Shown: positions 44,896 to 54,680, counted from the stretch's first letter. The stretch: DNA of 64,000 nt from Phycisphaerae bacterium (GCA_035528995.1 DATKXO010000110.1:13885-77884), one strand, 5' to 3'. Numbers and translations: made by a program. The notes: generated by a model not told the origin, from the sequence alone.

Positions 44896-47800
44896 CTACG
44901 GACTGTCGAACAGAATCCCGAACGTGGCCACGTCGGCCAGGTCGAGGTCCTCGTCTTCGTCTGCGTCGAAGGCGCTGAGGCAGTCTTCGGGGCAGCGCGG
45001 CGGCGTGGCCGTCACCGGGGCCTGTGGGCCGCCCAGGCAGTCGTACAGCGCGGCGAAGTCGGTCAGGTCCACGTGGCCGTTGTCGTCGATGTCTCCCGGC
45101 GAGGTTCCCGAGCAGGAGAACCGCGTCACCCGAAAGTCGTCGATCGCCGCTTCGACCAGTGATCCGCCACCCCGGTCCTCGGCCACGAAGCGCACCTTCA
45201 GTTGGTCCGACAGCGGGACACGATCCGAGACGACGAACTCGTGGTAATGCCATCCGCCGCCGGCCTCGGGGCCCGTGGGGCCGATCGTTTCGACCTCCTC
45301 CCATGTAGCACCGTCGTTGTTGGAGACCGAAACGACGAACTTGTCTTCGGCGGGGTTGGGGCCTTTATCGTTGCTGAACCAGCGCCAGTACGAAACCAGG
45401 GCCTCGCCGCACGTCACGGCAAACCTCGGCGAGGTCAGCGTCGTCTTGCCGTCGTCCACGTCGTAGTCACCGCTGCCGCTGCCCGCACGCCCGTCGGTCA
45501 CCCGGCATAGGACTCCTGGAACGGGTGTGTGGTCGTCTTCGGGCTGGGCCAGTGTGCCTTCGGGGTCGGCCCGTTCCCAGATGCCCTTGGTGGCGTCATC
45601 GTCAATGTCGCCGACGGTCCAGCCGGTCTCGGTCTCCATCGGGTCCGCGAACAGAACCGTGCTGGAGACCAGCGCCGTCGCTTCGTAGGCGAACGTCGGG
45701 GCCGACGGCGGATCCAAAACGGTGCCGAAGGCGACCTCATCTGCACTGAGGTAGTATTCGTACCGGCTCAGGCACGGTGCGCCCGGCAGCGTGGCCTCGT
45801 AGGTGCCCAGCCCCGTCGTGCTCAGATCGACGCTGACGAACGGGGCAGCGTCGATCGAGTAGTGAAGCTGAGCGCTTCCGGGCACCGGCTCCGCCGCACC
45901 GAGCCCCTGAATCTGAACGGGGAACGTCGTGTCGGTCAGCGGCGGCACCATCTGCGGCCGACCGTCGGGGTAGCTGATCAGCAGCATGTCGGGCACATTG
46001 AAGTCCTCGTCCACGCCGCCGGCGCCGGTTCCGGGGGACGTGGCTCCCAAGCCCATGCCCCGCTTGGCGAACGCGCCCCAGAGAATGTCCAGGTTCACCG
46101 CGCCGTTGTTGACCATGTCCGCCTGAAGGAGCGCGTCGCGGGCCTGCAGGAAGTTGGGATTCACCACGCAGAGCTTCATCCCGTCGACCACGAGCTGCAG
46201 CATGATCTGGTTGCCCGCGAATCCGTAGCGGTCCATCAGGTTGGCCCGGCACTCCATCAGGGCCGCGCACCAGATCTCACCGGCGTTGTGCGGCTCGTCG
46301 GCCGTGTTGTCCACGTGGGGGTTCCGCGGGACCTCGGGCGGGTAGGCCTGTTGCGCGGGGTCGATGTCCTTGAAGGTCTGCGGGCACTTGTCCAGGTCGG
46401 TGCAGTACGGGAAGCGGCGAAGCCCGAAGTAGTAGTTGTCCACGTACTCCGGCCACCGCTGGTAGGCGACGAACGCGGCGAAAGGATAAGGCCCGTGTGG
46501 ATCGTCGCCCGGTTCGGCGTTGAGGGCGATGGCCATGAAGTCGCTCCAGCCCTCAGCCAGAGCGGCCGGCTGCTGGCCCGCCGGACCACCCAGCAGCCGG
46601 ATGGACAGGCCGTGCGTGAGTTCGTGAAACACCAGATCGGCGTCGAAGGCGCTGTCCCGGCCCGGATCGGGGTTGGTGAAGACATACATCTGCAAGCGGG
46701 CCGCGCTGCCGTCGGCCGCGCCGGTGCTGAAGTTGGCCGAGCTGGTGCCGCCGCCGTCCTGGGCATCCGCCTGGATGCGATCGCCGCCCACACCGCCCAG
46801 GCCGAAGTTGTCGAGCTGGAAGTTGCCGGCCGCCTCGTCGAAGCCCAACTCGTACAGGCGATCGTGGTACACGTTGCACAGGTAGAACAACTGGGTGACG
46901 GACGCGTTCGGGAAGGCGGGCGGGTCATGGATCTGGTGATCGGAGGGGAAGTCGAACGTCCGCCAGGGGTCGCCTTGCGGTCTGGGCACGTCCGGCTGGT
47001 CGTTGTTGTCCCAGTCCGTGTGGGCATCGACGTTGTTGCCCTGAGTCTCGTTGACGCCGTCGCCGATCCAGCCGGACGGGCTGAGCGGTGCGATCTCGGC
47101 GGCCGGTACGGCCTGCAGGACGCTCGAATCGAACGGGAATTGAAAGCCGTCCGGCGTGGTCGTGCCGGGTGATCCCGGCGCCGGACTGTCCGAGGGATAG
47201 ACCCGGTAGCTTGCATCCTGGTTGGTCACCGAGTGCAGCCGGTCTTGCCGCCACAGCAGCGTTCCGTCAACCGCGTCAACGATGACCTCGTACACGTGCC
47301 CTGCGCCGCTCACCGGAAGGACGGCCTGCCAGGCGGGGCGCAGGTTCGTCCGGTTCAGCGGGAAGTAGACGGGCCGCAGTTCGACTTCCCCGGCGAAACC
47401 CTCCGGTCGCTCAAAGCGCCATGGATCGTCGGGCTGGATGGGTCGCTCGACCGCCTGCGGGTCAACGGATATCGTGATCCCCGCGCCGGATGCGGCCGCA
47501 CGGACGGCCTCGATCGGCGAGAGGGCAAAGTCCGACACGGCAAAGTCGTCCGCGGGCCGATCCAACACCGTGCTGCCTATGCTGACGATCTCGCCCCATG
47601 GCGTCACGCCGGTCCGCAACACCGCGCCGAAAACACCGAGCCCCTTGTGCCGCTGCTGGAAGGTCAGATGGCGGACCCCGTTGTGCCGCGTGACGAAATC
47701 TCGTGACAGACGCGTGTCACTCAGCTCGGCCGCGTCAAACCCGAAGAGGTCGCGGTGCTCCGCGATGTAATCCGTGACGATTGCAATCGCGTCCACGGCG

Positions 47801-48159
47801 CCGGCGTTACGCCGACCGGTCAGGAATCGCGCCGTCGAGCCGACGTAGGCCGGCGTGCCGAGGAACTCGTGCCGGTCTGCGCGGGCGTGCGGCGGCAACG
47901 CACCCGGCCGCCCGGCAATGCGTCTGGGGACCTTCGGGGCGTCACGCCGGATGTCGTAGTCGGGTAGACCCCGGCCAGCGCTGTCCCAGCGATTGTCTGC
48001 CGGGTCGCAGGCCTGTGCTCCAGGTCGCGGCGGCTCCTCCGCGCTGGAGACCGACACGCCCACCGACAGCACGATCAGCGCAGATCGCCACAGTGCGCCC
48101 CGTGCTCTCCGACGGGCGGATTGCACGCCGTTCCCGGCGATTGCGTCTTGCCGGCACAT
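44896..48159 (-). CDS. Secreted M36 (fungalysin-type) zinc metalloprotease with extra C-terminal domains and a dockerin-like tail
   Basis: Signal. FTP-like propeptide. Active site VFHELTHGLSIRLLGG...EGWSDFMA...GEIWCAALMECRANL. The C-terminus reads GDIDDNGHVDLTDFAALYDCLGGP...FDADEDEDLDLADVATFGILF. Confidence 0.85.
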   Translation of the reverse strand: MCRQDAIAGNGVQSARRRARGALWRSALIVLSVGVSVSSAEEPPRPGAQACDPADNRWDSAGRGLPDYDIRRDAPKVPRRIAGRPGALPPHARADRHEFLGTPAYVGSTARFLTGRRNAGAVDAIAIVTDYIAEHRDLFGFDAAELSDTRLSRDFVTRHNGVRHLTFQQRHKGLGVFGAVLRTGVTPWGEIVSIGSTVLDRPADDFAVSDFALSPIEAVRAAASGAGITISVDPQAVERPIQPDDPWRFERPEGFAGEVELRPVYFPLNRTNLRPAWQAVLPVSGAGHVYEVIVDAVDGTLLWRQDRLHSVTNQDASYRVYPSDSPAPGSPGTTTPDGFQFPFDSSVLQAVPAAEIAPLSPSGWIGDGVNETQGNNVDAHTDWDNNDQPDVPRPQGDPWRTFDFPSDHQIHDPPAFPNASVTQLFYLCNVYHDRLYELGFDEAAGNFQLDNFGLGGVGGDRIQADAQDGGGTSSANFSTGAADGSAARLQMYVFTNPDPGRDSAFDADLVFHELTHGLSIRLLGGPAGQQPAALAEGWSDFMAIALNAEPGDDPHGPYPFAAFVAYQRWPEYVDNYYFGLRRFPYCTDLDKCPQTFKDIDPAQQAYPPEVPRNPHVDNTADEPHNAGEIWCAALMECRANLMDRYGFAGNQIMLQLVVDGMKLCVVNPNFLQARDALLQADMVNNGAVNLDILWGAFAKRGMGLGATSPGTGAGGVDEDFNVPDMLLISYPDGRPQMVPPLTDTTFPVQIQGLGAAEPVPGSAQLHYSIDAAPFVSVDLSTTGLGTYEATLPGAPCLSRYEYYLSADEVAFGTVLDPPSAPTFAYEATALVSSTVLFADPMETETGWTVGDIDDDATKGIWERADPEGTLAQPEDDHTPVPGVLCRVTDGRAGSGSGDYDVDDGKTTLTSPRFAVTCGEALVSYWRWFSNDKGPNPAEDKFVVSVSNNDGATWEEVETIGPTGPEAGGGWHYHEFVVSDRVPLSDQLKVRFVAEDRGGGSLVEAAIDDFRVTRFSCSGTSPGDIDDNGHVDLTDFAALYDCLGGPQAPVTATPPRCPEDCLSAFDADEDEDLDLADVATFGILFDSP

Positions 48160-48341
48160 GGCCCGACCGCTCTGCGGCTCGACGTCGGCGAAACGCCGAC
48201 TCCGAGCCCTTCGCCTCGCTCAAGCGAACGTTAAAGAACATGTCGGCCGTACGTCCTGTCAGCAGAAAGCGTGCGATGCCGCGCACTCGCAGCCCGCTGA
48301 ACCCGACCTACAGGGCGTATCATTCGGCCAGTGGGCGCATG

Positions 48342-49277
48342 CTAATCCGGCCCCTGCCCGGATTCAAGCGGCAAAAGGCCGACGGCCCGGCGGTACGCGC
48401 GGTATTCGGCCAGGGCGCCCAGGTCGATGTCGGCCCGGACGGCGCCGGTCTGACCGTCCGGCAGGACGCGTTGGATGCGGTCGATGTGCGGCCGGTGCCC
48501 GGGGTCGCAGATCGACCCCGCCCCGCAGGTGTAGTACGTGCGGCGACATCGGTGAGCCGGTTGCGATGCGTCGTCCCGGGCCAGGAAGGTCTCGTTGTGC
48601 CGTCCCTCCGCCCAGTCGCTGACCACGACCGCCAGGGCGCTTTCCATCGCCCGCGTCAGGGCCAGACTCAGCCACAGCGTGTGGGCGTAGGGAATGTGTC
48701 GGTCAGAGGGGACGGCCGTCATGGCCGGCACGCAGAGCACGTCCACGGCGCCGACCAGCTCGCGGGCCAGCTCCGGCCGCCACAGATCGCCACAGATCAG
48801 CACGCCGACGCGCACGCCGTCGAGCTCGAATATCCCCGGTCCCTGGCCGGACGAGCGGCGGTCGGCCTCGAGCGAGAACAGTGTCCGCTTGTCGTACCGA
48901 CCGACTTCCCGGCCTTGCCGATCGATCACGAAGCAGGAGTTCCGCGGCCGGCCCGGCGGCATGGGTTGCTCGACGCTGCCTCCGATCACGTTGACCTCGC
49001 AGGCCCGGGCCAGGTGGCCCAGAAACTGCCGAACGCCGGCGGCGTGGTCGGCCACCGGGTCACCGGCCCGACTGCCGACCCCGAGGGGCACCGGGGCGAA
49101 GGCTTCCGGCAGCACGACGAGATCGAGCGGCGCGTTGGCCACCAGACCCTCGACTACCCGGCGCAGCATCAGCATGTTGGCTGTGGCGGCCTGCGCCCCG
49201 CCCGCGCCGCCCTCCGGTTTGAGCTCGGGCTGCAGGGCGGCGATTCGTACGTGGCGGGGTCCGGGTTGGGCAGGCAC
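48342..49277 (-). CDS. Carbon-nitrogen hydrolase (nitrilase superfamily)
   Basis: Glu-Lys-Cys triad contexts LVVLPEAF, RYDKRTLF, VLICGDLW. Confidence 0.8.
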   Translation of the reverse strand: MPAQPGPRHVRIAALQPELKPEGGAGGAQAATANMLMLRRVVEGLVANAPLDLVVLPEAFAPVPLGVGSRAGDPVADHAAGVRQFLGHLARACEVNVIGGSVEQPMPPGRPRNSCFVIDRQGREVGRYDKRTLFSLEADRRSSGQGPGIFELDGVRVGVLICGDLWRPELARELVGAVDVLCVPAMTAVPSDRHIPYAHTLWLSLALTRAMESALAVVVSDWAEGRHNETFLARDDASQPAHRCRRTYYTCGAGSICDPGHRPHIDRIQRVLPDGQTGAVRADIDLGALAEYRAYRRAVGLLPLESGQGPD

Positions 49278-49320
49278 GGGCGGTCGCCCCCCTTCCGTGC
49301 TGGGGCAGGTCGGGAAATCC

Positions 49321-49329
49321 TGCTACAAT
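49321..49329 (+). promoter_or_regulatory. Extended -10 element (TGCTACAAT) upstream of the thioredoxin-like gene
   Basis: TGnTACAAT lies 143 nt before the ATG at 49472. No good -35. Confidence 0.3.
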
Positions 49330-49471
49330 TCCGGATTATGGCTGCCTCGGGGCCGGCAGGTCAAACGGGAAAGCGCTCCAGAACGGTGGCTGACGCTCGC
49401 CCGAGGGTGCCTGGCGACGACGATCGGCAGGATCGGGAATTCGCCGACCGAGTAGACGATTGTACAGGGTG

Positions 49472-49951
49472 ATGACAGAACTACCGCTGCCAGAGCGACA
49501 GACTGTTTCCACGTGGCGTCGCTACGGCTGGCCCGCGCTGATCCTGCTGGTGGCCGCCGTAGTCTACGGAACCTCGCTGCGCCCCTTCGCCAAAGGGCTG
49601 GACTGGTCGGACGACTATGCCCAGGCCCGTCGGGAATCCGCGGAGTCCGGACGGCCGTTGCTGATCGAGTTCTTCTCGCCCAGTTGCCCCTATTGCAGCC
49701 ACATGGAGCGCGACACGCTGGTCCGTTCCGAGGTCAAGGAGCTGCTGACCTCGTTCGCCCGCGTCAGGGTCAACGCATGGGAAGCTCAAGAGCTCTCGAC
49801 CCGCTACGCCGTGGACGCCGTGCCGGCCTACGTGGCTCTGGATGCCAACGAGCGGCTGATCGCCCGAGTCGAAGGATACCTGCCGGCCGACGAGTTCAAT
49901 GAGTTCCTCCGGCGAGCCCTCGAGGCCGCCCCCACTCCGCGGGCGCCGTAG
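49472..49951 (+). CDS. Membrane-anchored thioredoxin-fold protein (CPYC active site)
   Basis: TM segment WRRYGWPALILLVAAVVYG. RPLLIEFFSPSCPYCSHMERD. Confidence 0.75.
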   Translation: MTELPLPERQTVSTWRRYGWPALILLVAAVVYGTSLRPFAKGLDWSDDYAQARRESAESGRPLLIEFFSPSCPYCSHMERDTLVRSEVKELLTSFARVRVNAWEAQELSTRYAVDAVPAYVALDANERLIARVEGYLPADEFNEFLRRALEAAPTPRAP

Positions 49952-50041
49952 CTCCGCTCGCCCGATTCCCCTCGCGTTACCCGGTGCGCGAGGCATTGCC
50001 ATGCCGTTTCCTCCGTTTCAGTGCCCGGCTCCGAATCCGGC

Positions 50042-50167
50042 TTATTCGAATTCGTCCACCGCCTTGAGCAGCGCACGGGTGATCCCCGGTTCAGCCTCGC
50101 CGTGTCCGGCCTCCTCGACGATGATCAGTTTCGACTTCGGCAGCAGCTTGTGCAGCCGACGTTTCAT
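50042..50167 (-). pseudogene. 3' remnant of an alpha/beta-hydrolase gene (last 41 or so codons)
   Basis: The minus strand translates (TALLEH)MKRRLHKLLPKSKLIIVEEAGHGEAEPGITRALLKAVDEFE-TAA. This is the classic C-terminal catalytic-His segment of the fold. No upstream body is present. It is overlapped in another frame by the tail of CDS 50091-50672. Confidence 0.5.
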
Positions 50168-50672
50168 GTGTTCGAGCAGCGCGGTCCTCGCCCAGCCGCC
50201 AGGCGCAGCCGCATTCAGGGCACACGGTTGCGCCGTCCGCCGCGTCGGTCGGCAGCAGCCGCAGGTCGTACCCGCAGTGCGGACAGCGGGAGTACTTGAG
50301 CATCGCCGCCGCCACCTTCCCGAAGCGCGACCGCTTTATGCCATACCAGATGATGAAGGGAATACAACACAGATACGCCAATCCCGCGAACCTCGCCAGG
50401 GGGTCGCGGCCGATGTCGCCAGTGATGACCGAGTGCACGAACAGACCGATCACCAGCAGCGCGCCGGCCATCCCACCAATCAGCGCAGCGCGTTCCCTGG
50501 TCTTGATCCTGACGCCTTCCTCCTGCGCGATTGCCCGCAGGACGTCGGCTTCGATCACGCTCGGTTGATGCAACACGTAGATCGCAACCGGGTCAAGCTG
50601 CGTCACCCTGCGCCCGCGGGCGTCCCCGATATGCCCGGCCCGCTGGGGTCGAGGTTCTTCTTTCTCAGCCAC
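50091..50672 (-). CDS. 2-TM membrane protein with a C-terminal C4 zinc ribbon (paralog B)
   Basis: The GTG at 50672 overlaps the stop of paralog A by 8 nt (GTGGCTGA). RCPHCGYDLRLLPTDAADGATVCPECGCAWRL. About 33 codons after the ribbon run through the hydrolase remnant. Confidence 0.65.
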   Translation of the reverse strand: MAEKEEPRPQRAGHIGDARGRRVTQLDPVAIYVLHQPSVIEADVLRAIAQEEGVRIKTRERAALIGGMAGALLVIGLFVHSVITGDIGRDPLARFAGLAYLCCIPFIIWYGIKRSRFGKVAAAMLKYSRCPHCGYDLRLLPTDAADGATVCPECGCAWRLGEDRAARTHETSAAQAAAEVETDHRRGGRTRRG

Positions 50673-51207
50673 TGCCCTGACCTCCGGCGGCCTGAATATC
50701 GTCCAGTCGCCAGGCGCAACCGCATTCGGGGCAGACGGTTGCGCCGTTCTCGGGAGCCGTCGGCAGGCCGCGAATGTCGTAGCCGCAGTGCGGGCAACGC
50801 AGGTGCTCGAGCATGATCGCACAGACGCGTTTGGCCCGCGCCCGGCGACCGCTGCGCCAGAACTGCACCGCGCCGATCGCGAACACCGTGAGGTTCACCG
50901 GCCACAGGACGCGCTCGACCGCATCGACGCCGGTGCGGCGGACGATCTTCCAGACCACAAGAAACACGACGCAGCCCAGAAACGCGGTCACGCAGGCCAC
51001 GTACCCGATGCGCTGCCACCTCGGCATCCCGAAGCCCACCTCCTCGGCGATGCCGCGCAGCACGTCGGCCGGCATCACGTCATGCCGGCGAAGCAGGTGC
51101 AGCTCCCACGGATCGAGCAGGGTTACAGACCGCCCCCGAGCGTCCCGCAGGCGCGACTGCCGTGAAGAAGTGGACTGTTGCTCCTCGACCATACGCCGCA
51201 CGGTCAC
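50665..51207 (-). CDS. 2-TM membrane protein with a C-terminal C4 zinc ribbon (paralog A)
   Basis: RCPHCGYDIRGLPTAPENGATVCPECGCAWRLDD. Two hydrophobic helices. The start is either GTG 51207 or ATG 51192. Confidence 0.65.
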   Translation of the reverse strand: MTVRRMVEEQQSTSSRQSRLRDARGRSVTLLDPWELHLLRRHDVMPADVLRGIAEEVGFGMPRWQRIGYVACVTAFLGCVVFLVVWKIVRRTGVDAVERVLWPVNLTVFAIGAVQFWRSGRRARAKRVCAIMLEHLRCPHCGYDIRGLPTAPENGATVCPECGCAWRLDDIQAAGGQGSG

Positions 51208-51407
51208 TTGGCGGCCCCAACACCGAAATACCCCGACCTCGACGCCGCACGCCCGCCATGCGACCGGTCGGGCCTGTCCGGGATTATTATGCCCTCTTTC
51301 CCATCCCGAGATGTTCTACTTCACCACTTCTTACCCAATCCGACGCTTTCAAACGGCCACCGGCTCCACACCGGGCGACTCGGACCGCAGACCCGACACA
51401 TCGGGCT

Positions 51408-54251
51408 TCACGCGGTCCCCCGTGTCTTCGGCTTCGGCAGTCGTTTGGCCAGAAATCGACCGGTGTAGCTTTCGGGCTTGGCCGCCACCTGTTCCGGCGT
51501 GCCCTCGACGACGATGTGCCCGCCGCCGTCGCCGCCCTCGGGGCCCAGGTCGATTACCCAGTCGGCCATCTTGATCACGTCCAGGTTGTGCTCGATCACC
51601 AGAACGGTGTGCCCCAGGCCCACCAGCCGGTTCAGCACGTTGAGCAGGTGGTGCACGTCGGCGAAGTGCAGGCCCGTGGTCGGCTCGTCCAGCACGTACA
51701 GCGTGTGGCCCGTCGGCGGCTTGCCCAACTCGGCCGCCAGCTTCACCCGCTGGGCCTCGCCGCCGGAAAGCGTGGTGGACGACTGGCCCAGCGTGACGTA
51801 CCCCAGCCCGACGTCCATCAACGATTGCAGCAGCCGGCGGATCTTGGCGAAGTTCTCGAAGAAGGCCGTCGCCTCCTCGACCCGCAGGTCCAGCACGTCG
51901 GCGATGTTCCTGCCCCGGTACCGCACCTCCAGCGTCTCCCGGTTGTAGCGTGTGCCGCTGCAAGCCTCGCAGGTGACGTACACGTCCGGCAGGAAGTGCA
52001 TCTCGATGCGCTTGGTGCCCTGACCCTGGCACTGCTCGCACCGCCCGCCCTTGACGTTGAAGCTGAACCGGCCGGCCGTGTACCCCCTGATCTTCGCCTC
52101 CCGCGTCCGGGCGTAGAGGTGCCGGATCAGGTCGAACACACCCACGTACGTCGCCGGGTTGCTCCGCGGCGTCCGCCCGATGGGCGACTGGTCGATCTCG
52201 ATTACCTTGTCCACCTGGGCCGCGCCGACCAGTCGCTCGAACGCCGCCGGCCTGGGCCCCGATCCGTTCAACGCCCGGCGCAGAGCCCGCAGCAGAATCT
52301 GCGACACCAGCGTGCTCTTCCCGCTGCCCGAAACGCCGGTCACGCAGACGAAGCAGCCCAGCGGAAAGCGGACCCGGATGTCCTTCAGGTTGTGGGCCCG
52401 CGCCCCGATCACCTCGACGCGGCGCTGCAGATCGACCGGCCGGCGCTCGTCCGGGACGGGAATCCGGTACCGCCCGCTGAGGTACTTGCCCGTGATCGAG
52501 CCCTCGCAGGCCACCACGTCCTCGATCGTCCCGGTCACCACGATCTCGCCGCCGCGGGCACCCGCCCCCGGGCCGATGTCGATGATGTGGTCCGCCGAGC
52601 GGATGATCTCCTCGTCGTGTTCGACCACCAGCACGGCGTTGCCGGCCTCGGCCAGCCTGTCCAGCGTCGCCGCCAGACGCTGCGAGTCGCGCTGGTGCAG
52701 CCCGATGGTCGGCTCGTCCAGCACGTAGCAGACCCCGATCAGCCCGCTACCGATCTGCGTGGCCAGGTGGATACGCTGCCATTCACCGCCCGACAGCGTA
52801 CTGCTGGCCCGATCCAGCGTGAGGTACTCGACGCCCACGTCGCAAAGGAACTGCAGCCGTTGGCGGATCTCGCGCAGGATCGGATCCGCGATGATGCGCC
52901 GCTCACCCTCGAATTCGAGCGAGGCGAACAGGGCCCGGGCCGCCTCCACGCTCAGCCGGCAGATCGAGGCGATATCGCTTTCCCCGATCATCACCGACAG
53001 TGCTTCGCGGCGCAGTCGCGTGCCGCCGCAACCTTCGCACGGCGACTCGCTCAGAAACGTGTGCAGCCGTTGCTTGACCGACTCCGACTCCGTCGTCTCC
53101 CAGCGCCGCCGAAGATTCGGAATCACGCCCTCGAACGACGCTCCGTGCGACTCGCGATCCTCCTCCGTCGTGCCCTCCAGCAGGATTCGCCGAAACTCAG
53201 CCGGTATGTTCCGGTACGGCACGTCGGGGCACACGCCGAAGTGCTCGCAGAACTCCCGGATGGTAGCCGCGTACACCGCGGCCATTCGTTTGCCGCCCTG
53301 ACGCCAGGCGGCGATCGCCCCGTCGGCCAGACTGCGCGTTTTGTCCGGAACGATCAGTTCCGGGTCGAACTCCAGCACCGTGCCCAGCCCCGTACAGGCC
53401 GGGCAGGCCCCATACGGCGAGTTGAAGCTGAACAGCCTGGGGGACAGTTCCGGCAGGCTAACCTCCGGATGGTCCGGGCAGGAGAACAGCGAGCTGTAGC
53501 GCGTGTCCGTGAACCGTTTGCCGTCGGACCCGGCCACCGACAGGATCACGCCGCCGCCGGCCAGACGCATGGCCAACTCGATGCTGTCTGCCAGACGCGT
53601 GCCGATGTGGGGCTTCACCGTCAGACGGTCCACCACGACTTCGATGGTGTGGTTCTGCCGGGCGTCCAGAGCCGGCAGGTCTTCCAGCATGACTACCCCA
53701 CCGTCGATGCGCCCGCGGACGAAGCCCTCGCGAACCACGCGTTGCAGCACCTTGGCGTGCGTGCCTCGTTTGCGGTGCACCAGTGGAGCCAGCACCATCA
53801 GCCGGCCGCCCTCCTTCAGGCCCAGCGCCGTGTCCACGATCTGGGCCGTCGAATGACGCTCGATCGGACGCCGGCACTCCCAGCAACGGGGCTGGCCCAC
53901 ACGGGCGTACAGCACCCGCAGAAAGTCGTACACCTCGGTGGCGGTGGCCACCGTGGAACGCGGGTTGGCCGAGACGTGACGTTGTTCGATGGCGATCGTC
54001 GGGCTGAGCCCCTCGATCCGGTCCACGTCCGGCTTCTGCATCTGCTCCAGGAACTGCCGGGCATGGGGGCTCAGCGACTCGACGTACCGTCGCTGCCCCT
54101 CGGCGTAGATCGTGTCGAACGCCAGGCTGCTCTTGCCCGAGCCCGACAGTCCGGTGATGACCGTCAGCCCGGCGCGCGGAATCTCCAGACTGACGTTTTT
54201 GAGGTTGTGCTGTCGGGCCCCGATAACCCGGATGACCTTGGGCTCGGACAC
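51408..54251 (-). CDS. uvrA: Excinuclease ABC subunit A
   Basis: VIGARQHNLKNVSLEIPRAGLTVITGLSGSGKSSLAFDTIYAEGQRRYVESLS. Two ABC modules. Zinc fingers CPACTGLG and CEQCQGQG. The GTG start has GGAGG 6 nt upstream. Confidence 0.95.
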   Translation of the reverse strand: MSEPKVIRVIGARQHNLKNVSLEIPRAGLTVITGLSGSGKSSLAFDTIYAEGQRRYVESLSPHARQFLEQMQKPDVDRIEGLSPTIAIEQRHVSANPRSTVATATEVYDFLRVLYARVGQPRCWECRRPIERHSTAQIVDTALGLKEGGRLMVLAPLVHRKRGTHAKVLQRVVREGFVRGRIDGGVVMLEDLPALDARQNHTIEVVVDRLTVKPHIGTRLADSIELAMRLAGGGVILSVAGSDGKRFTDTRYSSLFSCPDHPEVSLPELSPRLFSFNSPYGACPACTGLGTVLEFDPELIVPDKTRSLADGAIAAWRQGGKRMAAVYAATIREFCEHFGVCPDVPYRNIPAEFRRILLEGTTEEDRESHGASFEGVIPNLRRRWETTESESVKQRLHTFLSESPCEGCGGTRLRREALSVMIGESDIASICRLSVEAARALFASLEFEGERRIIADPILREIRQRLQFLCDVGVEYLTLDRASSTLSGGEWQRIHLATQIGSGLIGVCYVLDEPTIGLHQRDSQRLAATLDRLAEAGNAVLVVEHDEEIIRSADHIIDIGPGAGARGGEIVVTGTIEDVVACEGSITGKYLSGRYRIPVPDERRPVDLQRRVEVIGARAHNLKDIRVRFPLGCFVCVTGVSGSGKSTLVSQILLRALRRALNGSGPRPAAFERLVGAAQVDKVIEIDQSPIGRTPRSNPATYVGVFDLIRHLYARTREAKIRGYTAGRFSFNVKGGRCEQCQGQGTKRIEMHFLPDVYVTCEACSGTRYNRETLEVRYRGRNIADVLDLRVEEATAFFENFAKIRRLLQSLMDVGLGYVTLGQSSTTLSGGEAQRVKLAAELGKPPTGHTLYVLDEPTTGLHFADVHHLLNVLNRLVGLGHTVLVIEHNLDVIKMADWVIDLGPEGGDGGGHIVVEGTPEQVAAKPESYTGRFLAKRLPKPKTRGTA

Positions 54252-54484
54252 GGTGGCCTCCGCCTATCGGTCGGGAGTCTTTTTTGCCCTGGTGCGCCGC
54301 TGCGAAACGTCCCATTGCCTGGAGGGCAAATGGTTCACCATAGCCCGCCCCTGCGCGAATGACAACGGTCCCGCGTCGCGATCCCGCCCTCTGTACGGTG
54401 GAGACGGCCCGCTTTTCTGGCCGATGAACGGTGAAACGGCCCGTTGTGGATTCTTGTGTGTCCGGAGCGATAATCGCCCTCCGG

Positions 54485-54514
54485 TTGGACGATTTCGGGT
54501 ATCAAACGTATAAT
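54485..54514 (+). promoter_or_regulatory. Sigma70-like promoter (TTGGAC-18 nt-TATAAT) for the Ctp protease gene
   Basis: -35 at 54485-54490, perfect -10 at 54509-54514, about 160-nt leader. Confidence 0.45.
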
Positions 54515-54680
54515 GACTTGCGCGACCGAATCGATCTGGGCCGATACTCAACGGCGGACGGCCGGGGGCCATGCCTCGGCGTGCAGATCGGGTGGCCCAG
54601 CTCCGGTGCCGTCTCCGATCCCCGATGCCCTTCCCGGCTGTCGGCGGCAGAGAATTGCTGGCTCACTTGAGGGAGATGCC

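Noticed and set aside
51162-54362. 1066-aa ORF on the plus strand
   Set aside because: Antisense shadow of uvrA. Low-complexity Arg/Gln/Pro/His composition.
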